Shown here: piece by piece, positions 24,790-40,668 of the stretch | Position numbering within the stretch: the first letter of the stretch is position 1 | Layout of the letters: each line of letters starts with the position of its first letter | Assembly: GCA_044892525.1 (NCBI GenBank) | Contig: CM097885.1 | Span: forward strand, 5,830,001-5,894,000 | Length of the DNA stretch: 64,000 nt | Origin: Schmidtea polychroa | Lineage: Eukaryota | Reading direction: 5' to 3' | The notes under the pieces: generated by a model | Databases searched by the model: none | What the model was told of the DNA's origin: nothing | Seen by the model: the letters and a program-made list of their open reading frames with translations, nothing else | Program-made: the position numbers and the translations under genes

Positions 24790-25450
24790 TTATTGGGAAG
24801 GCGCAATTCGACCTTTCCGTATTGATATTGGCTCCATTGCAGGGAGAATGATCAAGCTGTTATTGTGATGTTTAATGGCAGTTAAATTATATATGAGTAC
24901 ATAACAATATGCATGCAACGCGGTGGGTTTCAGCTGATCTGGATTTTGCGTTATTATGTTGTTTCCAACGCAATCCAGAATACGATGTGACTCACCCGTT
25001 ACCGGAGCAGCGTTTGCATTATTCCGGGTAGGTGAATACTAGGGAAAGCAGCGTAACTTTGTAAGCTATCGTGGGTTACAAGTAATCCATATTTTAGCCT
25101 TCCGTGTCGTTTCCGACGTAACCTAAAATGCAATAGTTTATTTTACTATCCGATACATGTTGAGAAATCAACGTTGGTGCATCTTCCCACGGCCTGCTGA
25201 TAGAGGACTATGTCGGACTTCATTTAGATCACCTTGTTCTATGTTTCATCAATTCAAACCCATGTCATTCATATTGAAATGCATTTAATTCCCTGTACTG
25301 TGTCGTGAGTTAATAATTACACCGAGGAACGTTTTTTACTGCACCACCAAATTCATAAACACCACACAAAACAGTACACAAAAGTGAGTCTGTTACCAAC
25401 CACGCGATCTGATTCATTAGGATAGTTTAGAGCATGATTAGAGTGTCCTA
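24790..25450 (-). mobile_element. Diverged relative of the giant-LTR 3' region
   Basis: Reverse complement of 25070-25185 (CACCAACGTTGA..GGTTACG..GTAACCCAC) matches 19424-19525. Boundaries are approximate. Confidence 0.5.
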
Positions 25451-25688
25451 AGATTCGGGCATTCGTGCGCGCTAACCACCTAGCGCGTTTCGTGTATAAA
25501 AGTACGATAAAATATCCAAATCATATAAAATTAATTAATTTAAAGCGATAAGTATTTACTCTTGTCTCGAAATTGTCATCTTCGTTCGCATTTCCTGATC
25601 ATCCATTCATTAATCGTAACTTCTATGTATAATCCTTTCTTGTCCGATCTTTAGCTCTAATTTGAGTCATTTCATCATTTTATAATAT

Positions 25689-25930
25689 TGTTGGGCTAGA
25701 ACTGATTCCTAAGCCCAAAGTTAGGAATGGGACGAAATGTGTCAGTACACAACACGCATACCCAGCATTAAGTTTACTTAAATAAAAATATATAAAACAC
25801 CAAGTAAACAATGATAATAGAGAGATAATATACCCAAAAATAAAACATCTGAATTAAAAATAAAATAAAACACGAGCAAGAAGTAATACACAAAAACTTA
25901 CTCAAATATAACCGAAAGACATAAAACAAT
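25689..25930 (+). mobile_element. 5' end fragment of the giant LTR family
   Basis: TGTTGGGCTAGAACTGATT..GAAATGTGTCAGTACACAAC.. Confidence 0.75.
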
Positions 25931-26591
25931 CCTTTTATAATATGTTAGATGACATGGGTTTTTAAGTTTATCCTTTAATTATGTAAAGGATTTTAACTTC
26001 TTGCGCTTATCATTTAATTTATAGGTATTTATTTATTCTCTATATGCTATGTATTTTCCGTTGTATTGTTTGATGTATTTGAATTTTTATTCTATTTTTT
26101 TATTTCTAATAGATTTCCATGCTATTTTTCTGGCTCATTTAAAAACGCTATCAATTTTTCTGTGTAGCTCAGCACTCATCACGAATTTCCTACACATTTG
26201 TGGATTCCATGACTCACCTTTAACGTCCGGCTTAGAAAAATGATTCAGCTACCGTTAATAATCGATGTGTCTCACCTTTCAGGATTCTGAAGCCCACCAT
26301 CCCTCGGTGAGGGCCAAGGTTCACTAAAATAATTCTAAAATTTTGTCATTGTTAGAAGCAATTAAATTCAAATCTTTCATAAAAATTTATTCAATAATAA
26401 AATTCAATTACTCTAAATTTGTTTTTAATATTCAAACAACTAGGATTTGCAATTTTGATATTTGTCCAAATATCACCCACAATTATGTCAAATTGATAAA
26501 TATAAAATATGCAAAATTAAAATAGTTATTTTAATTAATATAATTTACTTTAAATTCCTTAGAGATATCTTAAGTAATTGCATAATAATAA

Positions 26592-27946
26592 AGTTAAATC
26601 CATCTTTAGATCCATCTTTAAATTTCGCAGAAAAATCTTGAGACTAACAATATATATTTATTCATAGAATTTATAAATAACAAGTTTTAATTAATTCACA
26701 AAAAACACCAATTCCGAATTTTTTAAACAAAAAGATAATTAACTCTCCCCTTCTTAAGACTTTTTCCACTTCTTCAGCCACTCGATTCTTCTTTCTTTCG
26801 TTCCTTCTTGTGAATGTAGTTCGACTCGATGAGGTGATAGAAATCTGGCGATTTTATATGGGCCATCGTATTGCATACCATCCTTGTACCTGTTCTGCGG
26901 CTCTTTACGTACGAGTACCTCCTCCCCCACCTCGAAAACACGAGTGCCCCTCTTTGTCTTATCCATAGCTCCCATAGTGTCTGCGGCTTTACTCGAGTCA
27001 AATCTCGCGTCTTCGATTCTTTCGCTTCTTGATATCTCGGCGTGTTTCAGGTTAGAGTGTAGGTTAACACTCCGTCCATAAATTATCTCAAATGGTGATA
27101 AACCTGTAGCACTTTGTCGACTGCTATTTATAGTGAACTCTATTCTGGGTAGAATTTCGTGCAGTTTCTCTCTTCACATCCACCTTCGAATGTTGCTGTA
27201 ATAAGATCTCTTATCGTTCGTATGGCTCTTTCGGCTAAACCATTTGATTAGTGCTGATAAGGTGAGCTGAATTCCTGTTTGATTCCAAGTTTCTGTAGCT
27301 TCTGTCTTAGGAAATTCCCTTCGAAATTTCGGCCTCTATCTGTTAAAATACTCTTCGGTCTTCCAAATCGATAGATCCAACTATTAAGTATTGTTTTGAA
27401 AATGGTCCCTTCGTCTTGCTTTGTGATTGCAGTTAAAGAAATCAGTTTGCTAAAACGGTCCACCATTACTACCATATATTTTTTATGGCGTTTATTTCCA
27501 TGTAAGCCACATCAATAACAATCTGTTCTAGGAATTCAGAGATATATCTAGAAATAAATGTTTCTTTGGTTCTTGTTTGATCGATCTTTCTCTTAGCACA
27601 GATCTTGCAACATCGTAAACAGAGTTGGATTGTTTCTTGCATTTTCGGCCAATAAAATATCTTTTCCATATAATGAATTAATTTCTTAACTCCAATGTGA
27701 CATAGTTCTTCATGTAGCGTTTTTGTTAACAGGCCTGCAAATGTTTCTGGGACTAACATTAAGATATTTTTGTTCTTTTCTACTGTTATTAATCCTCCAT
27801 CAATTCGTGTATTTTTTACGTTAAAAGGAAAGCAATTCTTTTTCTCCCGTGTACATCCATTTTCCAATATCTCTAGCAGCTCTCGAAACCGAATGTCCTT
27901 TTGTTGTTGTTCCCATACTTTTTCTATAGCTTCTGTTCTTTGGATA

Positions 27947-27995
<49 letters not shown>

Positions 27996-30759
27996 CTTTG
28001 ATTTTCCTTCCTTAGCTTCTTCATGTCTTGTTTGGCACTGGGTGCAAACAATACTTTTTAATCTTGATAGTCCATCTGCATTCGAGTGTTCTTCGCCTTT
28101 CCGATATTTTAGTTCAAAATCATATTCCGACAGGTATGCTAACCATGTTTGGAACTGCGGACTGATTGGCGTTTTTGTAGTGTTCATGAAAACCAATGCT
28201 TTGTGGTCGGTGCGAATTATGAATTTTTCCCCATACAGATATTCTCTAAAATGCATGACGTATTCATGTACGGCGAGCAGTTCTTTCCTGGTTACACAGT
28301 ATCCCTTTTCATGTGATGACATATGTTTCGAGCCATAAGCTATGACCGATTCTTCTCCATCTTCTGTAATTTGACTCCGGAATGTCGCAGGAGCTGTTGC
28401 TAAGCCAAACGGTAGTCTATTGAAGCAAAATTGTCCTTCTCTTGTACTGAATGCAGTCATTTCTTGAATTTCTGAAGCCAACTCCACTTGATAATATGCC
28501 TGACCTAAATCGATTGACGAAAATATTTTTGCATTCGCGAGACAGTCTAGTAAGAATTTGGTGTTAGGCATAGGAAATGACTCTTTTTCTGTTATGGAAT
28601 TTAATCCACGATAATCTACACACATCCTGATAGATTCATCTTTCTTTGCTACTATCACTAACGGGGCATTCCAAGGACTCTTGCAACACCGAATAAAATT
28701 TGCTTTCATTAACTCTTTTATCAGTTCTTCAATCCTTTTCTCCATGTGCATCGGTTGACGTCAAGGATGTTGCATTATTAGGCCTCCTGTTATCCGATTC
28801 TCATGTCGAACTAAGTTTGTAAATCCCAGATCGAATTTCGATGTCATAAAAATTCCGCCGAATTCCCTGATCATTCCTTCAATATCTTTATTATTCTCAC
28901 CTGCCATCGCCACTAGTGCTTTATTTATTCTTTCTTCATCAGTGTAAAATTTGTTTATCAATGACGTTTCTATATTATTGATTTTCATTAACTTTACTCC
29001 AAACTCTTTCATTGTATCAATGCCCCCTATGAATTCGGGTTTGATCTCTTTTACCACTACTACTGTGATTATTTTGGTCTTCTGATTCCATGTGGCCGGT
29101 ATAGTCATGATTCCCATTGCTTCTTCACCTCCAGTTGAAAAAACTCCGCACAATAATATCATACTACGTTTAAGTTCTGGTTTGCCTATTTTCTCATACA
29201 AATTCTTGCTCATGACTGTTACTGATGCTCCAGAATCCCATAACATCTCTGTTTCGGCATTATTCAACATTATTTTACTCCAATTTCTTCCATCTTTCGT
29301 CTGGTACATCTCTTCTTCTGCTTCGTCTTATTTCACAATTTATTGTCTTAACTCCACCGACGAAATGAAACCCATGGAGTCGCTGATGTTTTTTCCGTCT
29401 TCTCTCAATATAGTATATTTCTCAGGGACATAGTATCTATCTTCCATATTGCTGTGATCCATTCTGAAATCCTGGCTGTTTTCCGTGTAATCTCTATTTT
29501 CAGATTTTGAATCTTCTTCTTCTATGCACGCTATTCTTTGATATCGGTGTGGAACATCTTTCCGTTACGAAAAACAATCTCGGAACCCGTGTCCTTCCTT
29601 GCCACATATCAGGCATTTATTTCCCCGTCGACATTCATACCTTCTATGTCCCCTTTCGCCACAGCAAAAACAATCACCTACCGTTAATTTTGGGACCGAT
29701 GCTTGTGGTAGTCCCCTACTTTTGTTTTACAGCCTCCTTGCAATATTCTTCATGTATATTGTTGGCAGCTTTCTTTCTGAGCTATTCAGGATTCTCGTAT
29801 TTCTCAAGAATTGTTCTGTTGAAGATTGTTCTCGACGACCATCTCGACGACCATGGTTATTTCCTTCGTATTGTATTGGTCCGCGTATAGGATGTTCGTC
29901 TCTTCTTGATCTGTGGTGGCTAAATGTGTCTTCTGATAGTCTTCTTTTAAATGATGTAGGCATGGGATCTTGGGTATTCTTTTGAATTCTCATCTTCCCT
30001 CCCTCAGTCACGCTAGCGTATGTTCTTTGACCGATTGCTTTAACAAATTCTGTTTTATGGTTTCCATTTTTGTTACTTTCAAAAATTTTCGCCAATGATC
30101 TCGTTTCTTCAATTTTTGTTTCTGGTTTCGTCAATAGTATCTCCCGCAGTCTCGCATCGCGTGCTTTATTTGCGATGAGGTCTTGAACAATATCTTCTTC
30201 TGATCGTCCTGAATTTACAACTTCAGCTAAAGCTTTTCTTAGCCGTATCTCAAAAGCTGCAAACCTTTCATCATCTTCCTGTTCCATAGCTGCCAATTCT
30301 CTGATTTTGTCAGTTATAGATTTTGTAATTGTGAACGTATTTAAGAACCACGCTTTGGCTTTTACATCTGTTGTTTCTGTTTCTCTGACGTTTCCCCACA
30401 ATGTCTTTGCTTCTGCCACTAATAACACATCGAAAGTGCTTGTCAATCGCTGTCCATTTGTCAGCAACCATTCTTTTATATCACTGATCCATTCTTCGGC
30501 TTCTTTAAACCTCGTCCATCATATCGTCTGATGTTCAGTATGAACATGTCTTGGCATGATTTCCGCAGGCATTCGATTTCGAAATGGCGTTGATATTTTG
30601 ATTTTCGGCGTGGTCGCTAGTTAAATCCATCTTTAAATTTGCAGAAAAAATCTTGAAACTTACAATATATATTTAATCAAAGAATTTATAAATGACAAGT
30701 TTTAATTAATTCACAAAAATCGCCAATTCCAAATTATTTAAACAAAAAGATATCTTACT
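26592..30759 (-). mobile_element. Ty3/Gypsy LTR retrotransposon, both LTRs present, internally deleted and degenerate
   Basis: LTRs 26592-26744 and 30619-30759 with AGT..ACT termini; 5-bp TSD AATAA; PBS T(A)GCGACCACG (tRNA-Arg-like); PPT AAGAAGGGGAG. Gag ~30560-29727, protease LWDSGAS, RT truncated at RLPFGLATAPATF and fused to RNase H (RKELLAV, TDHKAL, NADGLSR), integrase H..H..C..C and ILTDRG. Confidence 0.93.
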
Positions 30760-31009
30760 AATAATATAATAATTTTTCTAAAATAACCAATTAATAATCT
30801 CAATTAAAAAAATATTGACAAAAATTTTGAAAAGTTAAGTAAATATTTCTTGTTTAAATTTTTTTTCTTGTTTAAACTTTTATTTATTTATATTTTTGTA
30901 TAATACAAATTTTTATAAAAGCTTGTGACTTTAATTTGTGACTTCTTGATAATTGACTTTTTTTATTATATATTGGTTAAGTTAAATAATATTTAGAATT
31001 TCTTCAATT

Positions 31010-31599
31010 ATGTCTATTAAGAATGAGTATACTATGTTTTTTTCAAGATCAGTTTTTAGTCAATTTTATTCAAGTACTTTTACTGTTAATAATCAGAAAT
31101 TCAATTGTTGTGAGCAATTTATGATGTATAAAAAAGCATGTTTGACTTTTTGTTATGGAATGAATTATTTATTCTCCTAATATAGTATTATTCCATGATG
31201 AAGAGATCGCCAATAAAATATTAAAAGAAAGAAAGCCGGGAAATATAAAAAAACTTGGTCGACAAGTACATAATTTTAATGAACAAATTTGGAAAGAAAA
31301 TCGGGAAAAAATCGTTAAAGAAGGAAATAAAGCGAAAGTATTGATGATAAATATGATAAATTTATTTGATAAATTTATTTTAAAAGTTCACTCAAAATAA
31401 AGAGCTTCAAATGGAATTATTAGCTACGAAAGGTACAAAACTTGTGGAGACGAATCCAAATGATTTGATATGGGGTATCGGATATTCTGAAACCGACCCA
31501 GAAGCGTTCGATGAGACAAAATGGCGAGGGTTAAATTTATTGGGGAAAATTCTCACAGATGTTCGAGATGAAATATTATCTGAGAACGCAATTAATTGA
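31010..31599 (+). CDS. NADAR/YbiA-family protein, copy 2 (3 exons, 164 aa)
   Basis: Exons 31010-31139, 31186-31337 and 31387-31599 (46- and 49-nt introns at the same positions as copy 1). CCEQFMMYKKA, KFTQN, LVETNPNDLIWGIG, GLNLLG. Confidence 0.92.
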
Positions 31600-31799
31600 T
31601 TTTCATAAATATAATTATTTTGTATGACTTCGTTTTATTGATTTTTACCATTGGTTATTAAATTTACTTTTTCTGCATTTCTATTGGCTGGATTGTAATA
31701 CACCCAAATCTTGCCTTCTGAGTCAAGTAGTTCAAGAGTGCATTGTATATTATTGTTAGTGGAGTTTGCATGTGTCAAGATTATAATGAGAAGTACCGT

Positions 31800-32420
31800 G
31801 GAGACTTAAAAAATGTCATCGTTGTATCTTTTCCACATCAGGATTTTATCTCCAAAAAATGATCTAATATTTGATTCTGCATGATGCATGCAGAAAATGG
31901 GTAAAACTGTTCGGACAAAACGAAAAAACAAGAAACTCTGGAAAACTTTAAAACACGGTTCTTACAAAATGGATACCCAAAGTAGTTCGTAGAAAAATAC
32001 TTTTTGAGTGAATATAACTCTAATAGGCATAATACACAAAATAAACATGTCAATAAGCCAGTAATATACCTACGCTTCCCTTTTTTAAACAATTGGACAT
32101 ATAACACAATCAGAGCTTACATTCGCAATATGGAGTTTCCTGTTCATATTCGCCCAATTTTTATAACTGCTGCAACTTTGAAATCGCAGCTTCGTAAGTC
32201 TCGAAAATTTCTAACATCAGACCTATTTCATCGAGATTGTATTTGCCAATCCTCCACCAAATGTTTCTGCTTCTCAAAGAACATTGTTTACCAAATTACT
32301 TGCACAATATGTGATGCATCGTACATAGACGAAACACATAGAACGTTCCAAACAAGACTCAACGAACACGTCAAGAGCAAAACCAGCAATTATCACGAAC
32401 ACTGGAAAAAAGTGCACACT
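31800..32420 (+). mobile_element. Penelope-like element 3' fragment (RT tail plus GIY-YIG endonuclease)
   Basis: FLQNGYPK*F, YLRFPF, NIVYQITCTICDASYIDETHRTFQTRLNEH. Confidence 0.8.
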
Positions 32421-32482
32421 CTTACACGAAACAAAATGCAAAATGTTACAAGATGCGTTCAAAAAATCATTGCAAAATATGT

Positions 32483-32610
32483 TGTTGGGCTAGAACTGAA
32501 TTCTAAACCCAAATCTTGGAAATATGATGAAATGTGTGTCACACAACACGCATACCTAGCATTAAGTTTATTTAAATAAAATATATACAACACCAAGTAA
32601 ACAATGAAGG
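32483..32610 (+). mobile_element. 5' end fragment of the giant LTR family
   Basis: TGTTGGGCTAGAACTGAATTC..GAAATGTGT..CATACCTAGCATTAAG. Confidence 0.7.
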
Positions 32611-34329
32611 CCTCCGTCGAATCGGGCGCTTGTTTTAAAGATCGGTGTGTTGAGGTTTTAAAAGTAAATTATTAAATTTTATCAAATCGAATAGTTCAGA
32701 ATAAAAGGAAAACCGAAATTGAATGGCGGTCAAGCAGAGAGGTAATGGCGTATAAAGATATGATAAAATCAGAACTATAAAAGGGTACAATCAGACACGA
32801 AATGGAAAAATGCACAAACCTGAGGAAGTGGAATAAAGCGAAATGTTATCAAAATTGAAGCTGAAAAACGGGAAAGGGGTAGATTAAGAGATGGTGAAGA
32901 AAACAGTGGGTGGGAAATTGTTAGAAAATGTTAAGAAAGAGTCGTAAAACAGGCAAATGTGATAAAACACAAAACATTAATTAATTAATTAATTGGCTAA
33001 TGGGAAGCCCAAGCCAAAGGAGAATCTGAGCGATGAAGAAAACCTGAGCGCGGCAATTTGGAAGGGTAAACAAACGGGGAATTCACAGGGCAATTATCCA
33101 AACAGCCAGATAAACGAGGATAAACAAACGAAGGGGAATTACAAAGAAGGTCAACAGAAATAGCTAATTAGAGAATGATAGCTAAAGAAGTCAAAACCAA
33201 TTAGGTCAAAAATGGGGCAATTACAACGATTATGAGAACGTTGGGCTAGAACTGATTTCTAGACCCAAAACTTTATTTTGTGACTAAAATGTGTTGGTAC
33301 ATTACGCACATACCTAGCAATAAGTTTAGCTAAATATAAAAATAAAAACATCAACTAAACAATATTAATTAAGAGAAAAAACAACAAAAAATAAAAACAC
33401 TGAAATTAAATAAAATCTCACAAATGCAAGAAGTATTGTAAGAAAATGAACTCAAATACAACAAAGAAACATAAAACTACAAAAAACAGACTCGAATGAC
33501 TTTGAAAGATAGTAAAATACTAAATTCTAGAAGAAATTCCAGAACAGTTCATAAAAATTGCGACATCCATCATAAAAGCCATGTAAACCAACAAAAGTTA
33601 ATAAAAATAAACCAATTAGTTTTTAAATAAAAATTTGAAAAAAAGAATTTAGTAAAATGACCTTAAAATAAAAATTAACTTTAATTTAATATAGAATGTT
33701 CTGGAATTGCCCAAATCCATCATGGAGGCAACTTTAACAAAAAATAATTAAAAAATAAAAATTTTAAAATAAAAAAAAATTATGGCACTAAAATCGCCAT
33801 TAAAATCATCAAAAATAGAAAATTCTAGAATAAAAAGAATTCGAGTTTATTTTAATGCATCAACGCACACACACGTACTCGCACACACAAAAATAGGTAT
33901 ATATACGTTTTCGTCACAAATCACTCTTTATATCAAATTTTTTGAACTATATTTGCCGATTTTCAATTCGAGATCTATCAATAGTAAGTATGTTTGTCTA
34001 ATATGTTTTGTATTATTTAACCATAATTATAATACATTGATTTTATGATAACGTTTTTCTTTTCCACAAGAGTGACTCAGGTCGTGGTGCTCGTATTCTG
34101 ACACGCGAACTAAGCCAGTCTTGTGTCTTGTTAAAAGTAAAAAATCATCGTCGTCATTGAGCCCACACCCCTTGACCACTGCCTGACATGCATTTATTCA
34201 TATCTATATGGAGCGGGGTCGTCGGAGGTCGTACTGACTCGGTGGTATAAGCCGCTGAGTTCGTCGATAAATACCCTCTGGTACGGCGAAGTTCTCGGAA
34301 ATCGTTATAGTAATATTTATATCTCGGTA

Positions 34330-35751
<1,422 letters not shown>

Positions 35752-37294
35752 TCGGTAGTATATTGCCGATTCATATAACACTCGGGCTTGTCGTAGTAAG
35801 CCCAGTGTGGCCACGAAAGCAAGCAACTTTCTGTAATCGACTCTTCATTGCACTAATAATCTACATAATAAACTCAACACTAAAAATCACATCATCACAT
35901 CACACTAAGACACAATAAACAGAGTAAAGCTCCAGACGTAAATCAATCACAATTTTGTTGACGAATAACGTAGCCGGTTAAATCTAAAATTCATACTCTA
36001 AAATCATACTAGGGATGGTATTACATACGTTTATGTCGAAATCAAATCTAAACTTCGAAAATCTGCTAACTAATCTATAGTATGCTGTTAAAAAATTGAG
36101 GGCATTTGAATACTATGAAATGAAAATTTGGTAAATTCTTCTCGATATTATAATGATCCTAAATAAGCGTTGTATTCATAAAGTGAAAAATCTCGGTTTC
36201 CAACGAATGGACTCTGGGAAATAGGTATAAGAACGACAGTATTGAAAACCTTAATTAAAGATCTCGACATATATGTACGCATTCCAAGGACAACGATCTA
36301 GATCTACTCAACTGTATATTAAACTATGATCAAATTAAGCTGAAGATCCTCTATTTATGTGTTTGATTAGAATTTCAATTTATAAATTCGTAATTGCTCA
36401 AACTTGCAGTCATCAACTATTATTCAGACGATTTCATTATACTCTCTATAAAATTATATTGTAAAATACAAACCAAAACCCTCATAACTAGCCATGACCT
36501 TAATTGTTGGTCATGCATATGAAATGGAGATGATATTAACGAATATTTTAGATCATACTATAATTTGAAATATAAATGATGAAAACTTTTATTAATGACC
36601 CTCTCGAATGTTATAGCCCTTGACTTTACCTATTTGCACTTAATCGGGCTATATTGATGTATATTTTGACTTATAATATATTTAAAAATATAAATTATAA
36701 AAATTTTATAGATACCCCTCAGGTACTCTAGCCCGCTAATATTGACTAACTGCACTTAATGGGACTATATTGCTATGTGCTTTAAATTATATTATATTTA
36801 GAAATATAAATTATAAAATCTTCATAAATACCCTCTCGAGTACTGTAACCAGTCGATAATGCCTAAATGTACTCAATCAGACTATGTTAATATATCTTTT
36901 AGTTCATACGATGTTTAAAATACAACTTATAAATTTTTTTTATACCCCCCAATAATTATCAACACCACCCGTTATCTAACTATACTGACTCGCCTCATCG
37001 TAATCTATAGTCAATGTATATTTTACTTCAAATTACCGATAACCCCCCAAAATCATTTAGTTATCAAATATCACCTAAATATGCTCGAGTGAATTATCCC
37101 AATATGTATTTAGTTTGCAAACATCTAACTTGTAAATTTGATATTTGACCCCTCTTACGTCACAAAGCGGCAACACCAATGTTGATAATACCAAAATACT
37201 AGATGCACAAAGACATTCAAACCTTAAATTACTAACTGATAAATTTATATTTTTTACTCCCTAATTCGTAATTATCGCAAAATTGGGCCTCACA

Positions 37295-38811
37295 CATGGG
37301 CGTCCGCAGGAATTTTTCCAGGGGGGGGCGAGCAAAAAAAACAAAGTAGAGAACTTCTACATATTAATGTAATACTTAAACATACAACAATTAGTATCAT
37401 TTAAATTCTTGTTATGCTCATTTACGAAAAAATAGTGTTACTATATACAATCAGATTAATAATAGTATATTGATGATTTAAATAAAAGTCATTTTTATTG
37501 TTGAAATATCAATATGATTTTAGGAATAAACAGAATCAAAAAACGTTAAAAAAGTTCTTTGTTGTATATTTTCCATAAATATTTATTCAATTATAAAACA
37601 AAATTGCAGATTTATTCATAAATATTACTTTTTGAAAAGAAACTGCAAACGTCTGTGATCTTGACCAAATTTATTGATCTCTTTGTCCATTACTTTTCGC
37701 TTTTTTTACTGTCATTGATTCTGTCACGATGAACACTAGAAAGTCAATTTTCACACATTGTTGACCTTAGCCACGTTTTGACTCTTCTCAGTGTGCTAAA
37801 TGATCTTTCAACAGTGCAAGCTGACACTGGCAATGTTAAAGCAATAAGAACTACTTTCTTAATCGCTGGAAAAAGATCTGGGAATTATAATAAATCCATG
37901 ATTCCATCGCGACTTTTGATTTCAAAATCCGACTTTTTATTTGACCACATCTCAAACCAAGTGCTTGCCTCAACATCAAAATTTTCAATTTGATACTCCA
38001 TTATGATGTTTTCTCTTTGAGTTTTGAATTCATCTTTTGAAAGTTTCAACATTTCCACTGGGTGAAGTGAGAATAAACTAAAATTGATTTTGTTATTATC
38101 ATTGAATCTGCTCTCCAACGATGAGATGATTGAATGGTATAAAGTATGGTATAAAGACAGATCTTCGAAAGTATTCTTCAACAGTTGAATCACCATTATT
38201 TGAACGGTGTGTTTGCCTCTTAGATTGTCTGGGAATTGTCAACTGGATGTTTAATTGTTCTGCCAATTTCTCACTTTGAGAAATAATGGTCTTAAAAAAC
38301 TCTTCGGCATTTTGTCTGTGCTGCATTTAGCTCCATTCTTTTTTATCAAAACTCACAAACCTTTCATCTTTATTTTCTCAAGTAAAATAATATTGTTCGA
38401 CAAACACTTCAAAAAATGCAAAAAAATGAAAAAAAATATTGATCTATAGTCGAAAATGAAGATACATAATTTGAATTTAAAAATAATCAATCAGTAAATA
38501 AGAAAATAAAGGATTTATTGATAATTATTAAGCTTTACAATTTATCGATAAGTTCCTTTATTATTTTCATTATTCATCAATTTATTTATAAATCAATATT
38601 TGAGTAAAATAAATAAAAAACAGTATTTTACTTAAAAATAACAGGAAGTCTCTTTAAATTAAATGTTTTTATTAATTTTTTTTGTCTTCGGTTTTTCCAA
38701 CATTGTTTGAGCGCGTATATTAAAATGTGTTTAAATTAATCGAAAAATATAATGGTTTGGGAAATCCAGGCGGGGCAAGCGCATCTCTTGTCCCCCTTGC
38801 GGACGCCCATA
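37295..38811 (-). mobile_element. hAT transposon, internally deleted
   Basis: TIRs CATGGGCGTCCGCA / TGCGGACGCCCATA; 8-bp TSD GCCTCACA on both sides. Transposase remnant IPRQSKRQTHRSN..EEYFRRSVFIP and hATC-like ERSFSTLRRVKTWLRSTM. Confidence 0.92.
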
Positions 38812-40464
38812 GCCTCACATTATTAATACCATTATTATGGTTATTATTCTTCTTACTATTATTATTATTAATATTATCCTTGATATTATTATTAGTGGGC
38901 ATGTTATTGTTACCACCTTATTCTTATGATTACAATTATTATTATTATGTAGTGGTGGGCCTTAATTTTATTGAAATTAATTATTATACAGTATTAGCAT
39001 TAATTTAATTATTTTAATTAATATTAAAACAAATTATTGATTTGGGAATCACCCTACTTCTAAATTTAACTTTAATAGTCCTATCCCCTAATAACATCAC
39101 AGTAAATTGATCTATATAGACGTAACAAAAGACGAGGGTAGCATGTATACACCTACCGACCAATCATAGTCACGCGCGGTATCGATAATAACAACCACAT
39201 TATCTAACCAAACAGGTATACCCCCCCCCCTCCTTGAACAAAATCTACAGCCATTAAAATACGACGATACCCAACTCTTATAGTTGAACAGAATACTTCA
39301 AAATCTATTGCTATGCCAAAAAAGAAAAAAATTTCTTAAATCCATTAAAGTCACTCCTTCTAAAACTGAGTTCTGCTAAACCAATCTTATCAATATGATT
39401 CTATTTTGTTTGCATACGGATTGTAAAATATTATTATATCTATTTGAACCAAGAAAAATGATTATTTTTTTGTGGAAAGCTACACAAACATTAATGCAAA
39501 ATTTATTGATAAAACAAAATCACTCGACCCTTCTGACCCAGCAGAGCACATGAACTATCTGGAGTCCCTGTAATCAAAAATATCTTTGCCTCGAAGAGCA
39601 GAATAATTCGATTAAAAAATTCCAATAGTAGACGATAAGAGCATCAGATAAGAAATAACTGGAACCAGAAAGAAGTATAGAGGTAAACAAATGCACCAAG
39701 TATGGCTTAGATAAAATGTAATTACACTTAACTACATTATTTAAACTCAAATGTGAAGTAATCAAAATTCACCGCGTGGGCACATGATCGTCAATTTATT
39801 TGAGTCTGTTTTCCATTTCGGTGAATCAATCTCCCTAAGGTTTCTTAAGGAAACGTTAGTGCAAATAAAATTACTCAACGCCCAATCCAAATTTTCACTC
39901 ACTGAAACTCAATTAGACCAAAATCCGGATTGGTGATGGTTGTGCCTCTTTGAACAGTCACAACTGAAAAAGTATGGACCTCAAGCGTATAACTTGGTCC
40001 GAGCACTTTTCGACAGAGTAACCGATCGTTTAGGCATTGTACAAAAAGAAATGGAAATATCATTATAAATTAAATTGATATATTTATAAATACATCGTTT
40101 GAATAACGCGCGTATATGCATAATAACAAAAGAAATTTTAAAACAATTAGATTCAACTAAAACTATTTCTAAAATAAAGTAAATTTTAGTAATTTATCAA
40201 AGGAAGCATCAAATTATTAATAAAAACTAATTGGAGATTAAAGTAGGTAGAACAATCAATATAAAATATTAAGCAAAATGGAAACATTGCTTAAATTTAC
40301 TATATGAATACCGTTAAATTAAAATTTATAAATGTCCCAACATAGTGAGGAGGATCAGGACGTGATACGTATGGTATAAAATCCATAAATGGAATCAAGG
40401 TCAAGATCTAGACAATTTTGGTCCCGTCATTCGAAGTGGGCCGGAACCTGAAGCCCCGGCGTGG

Positions 40465-40668
40465 ATGAAACAAGGGCCGGACAACAACAGGCTAGTGAAG
40501 GCCCGAGATCAGGCCATGGTAGCGATCAAAAAGGCCCAATACCAGCTCCGGTTGATTGAGGCACAGATTCGAATGGCCGCAGCCGGTAGACTCATCGAAG
40601 AAGCTGAGGTCGAACTGATTTCCCCTAAGAAACGCGAGAGGCCCCGGAAAACCAGCCCCGAAAGCTGA
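40465..40668 (+). CDS. LTR-borne short coiled-coil ORF ending in an AT-hook-like motif
   Basis: ..RDQAMVAIKKAQYQLRLIEAQIR..ISPKKRERPRK. GC-rich island; paralogous end at 15628-15684 has an intact RGRP. Confidence 0.45.
   Translation: MKQGPDNNRLVKARDQAMVAIKKAQYQLRLIEAQIRMAAAGRLIEEAEVELISPKKRERPRKTSPES

Noticed and set aside
22197..31599. Functional link between the Gs-like subunit (an ADP-ribosylation target class) and the neighbouring NADARs
   Set aside because: Adjacency in an animal genome is not evidence of a pathway, and characterised NADAR substrates are nucleotides or DNA, not Arg-ADP-ribose.
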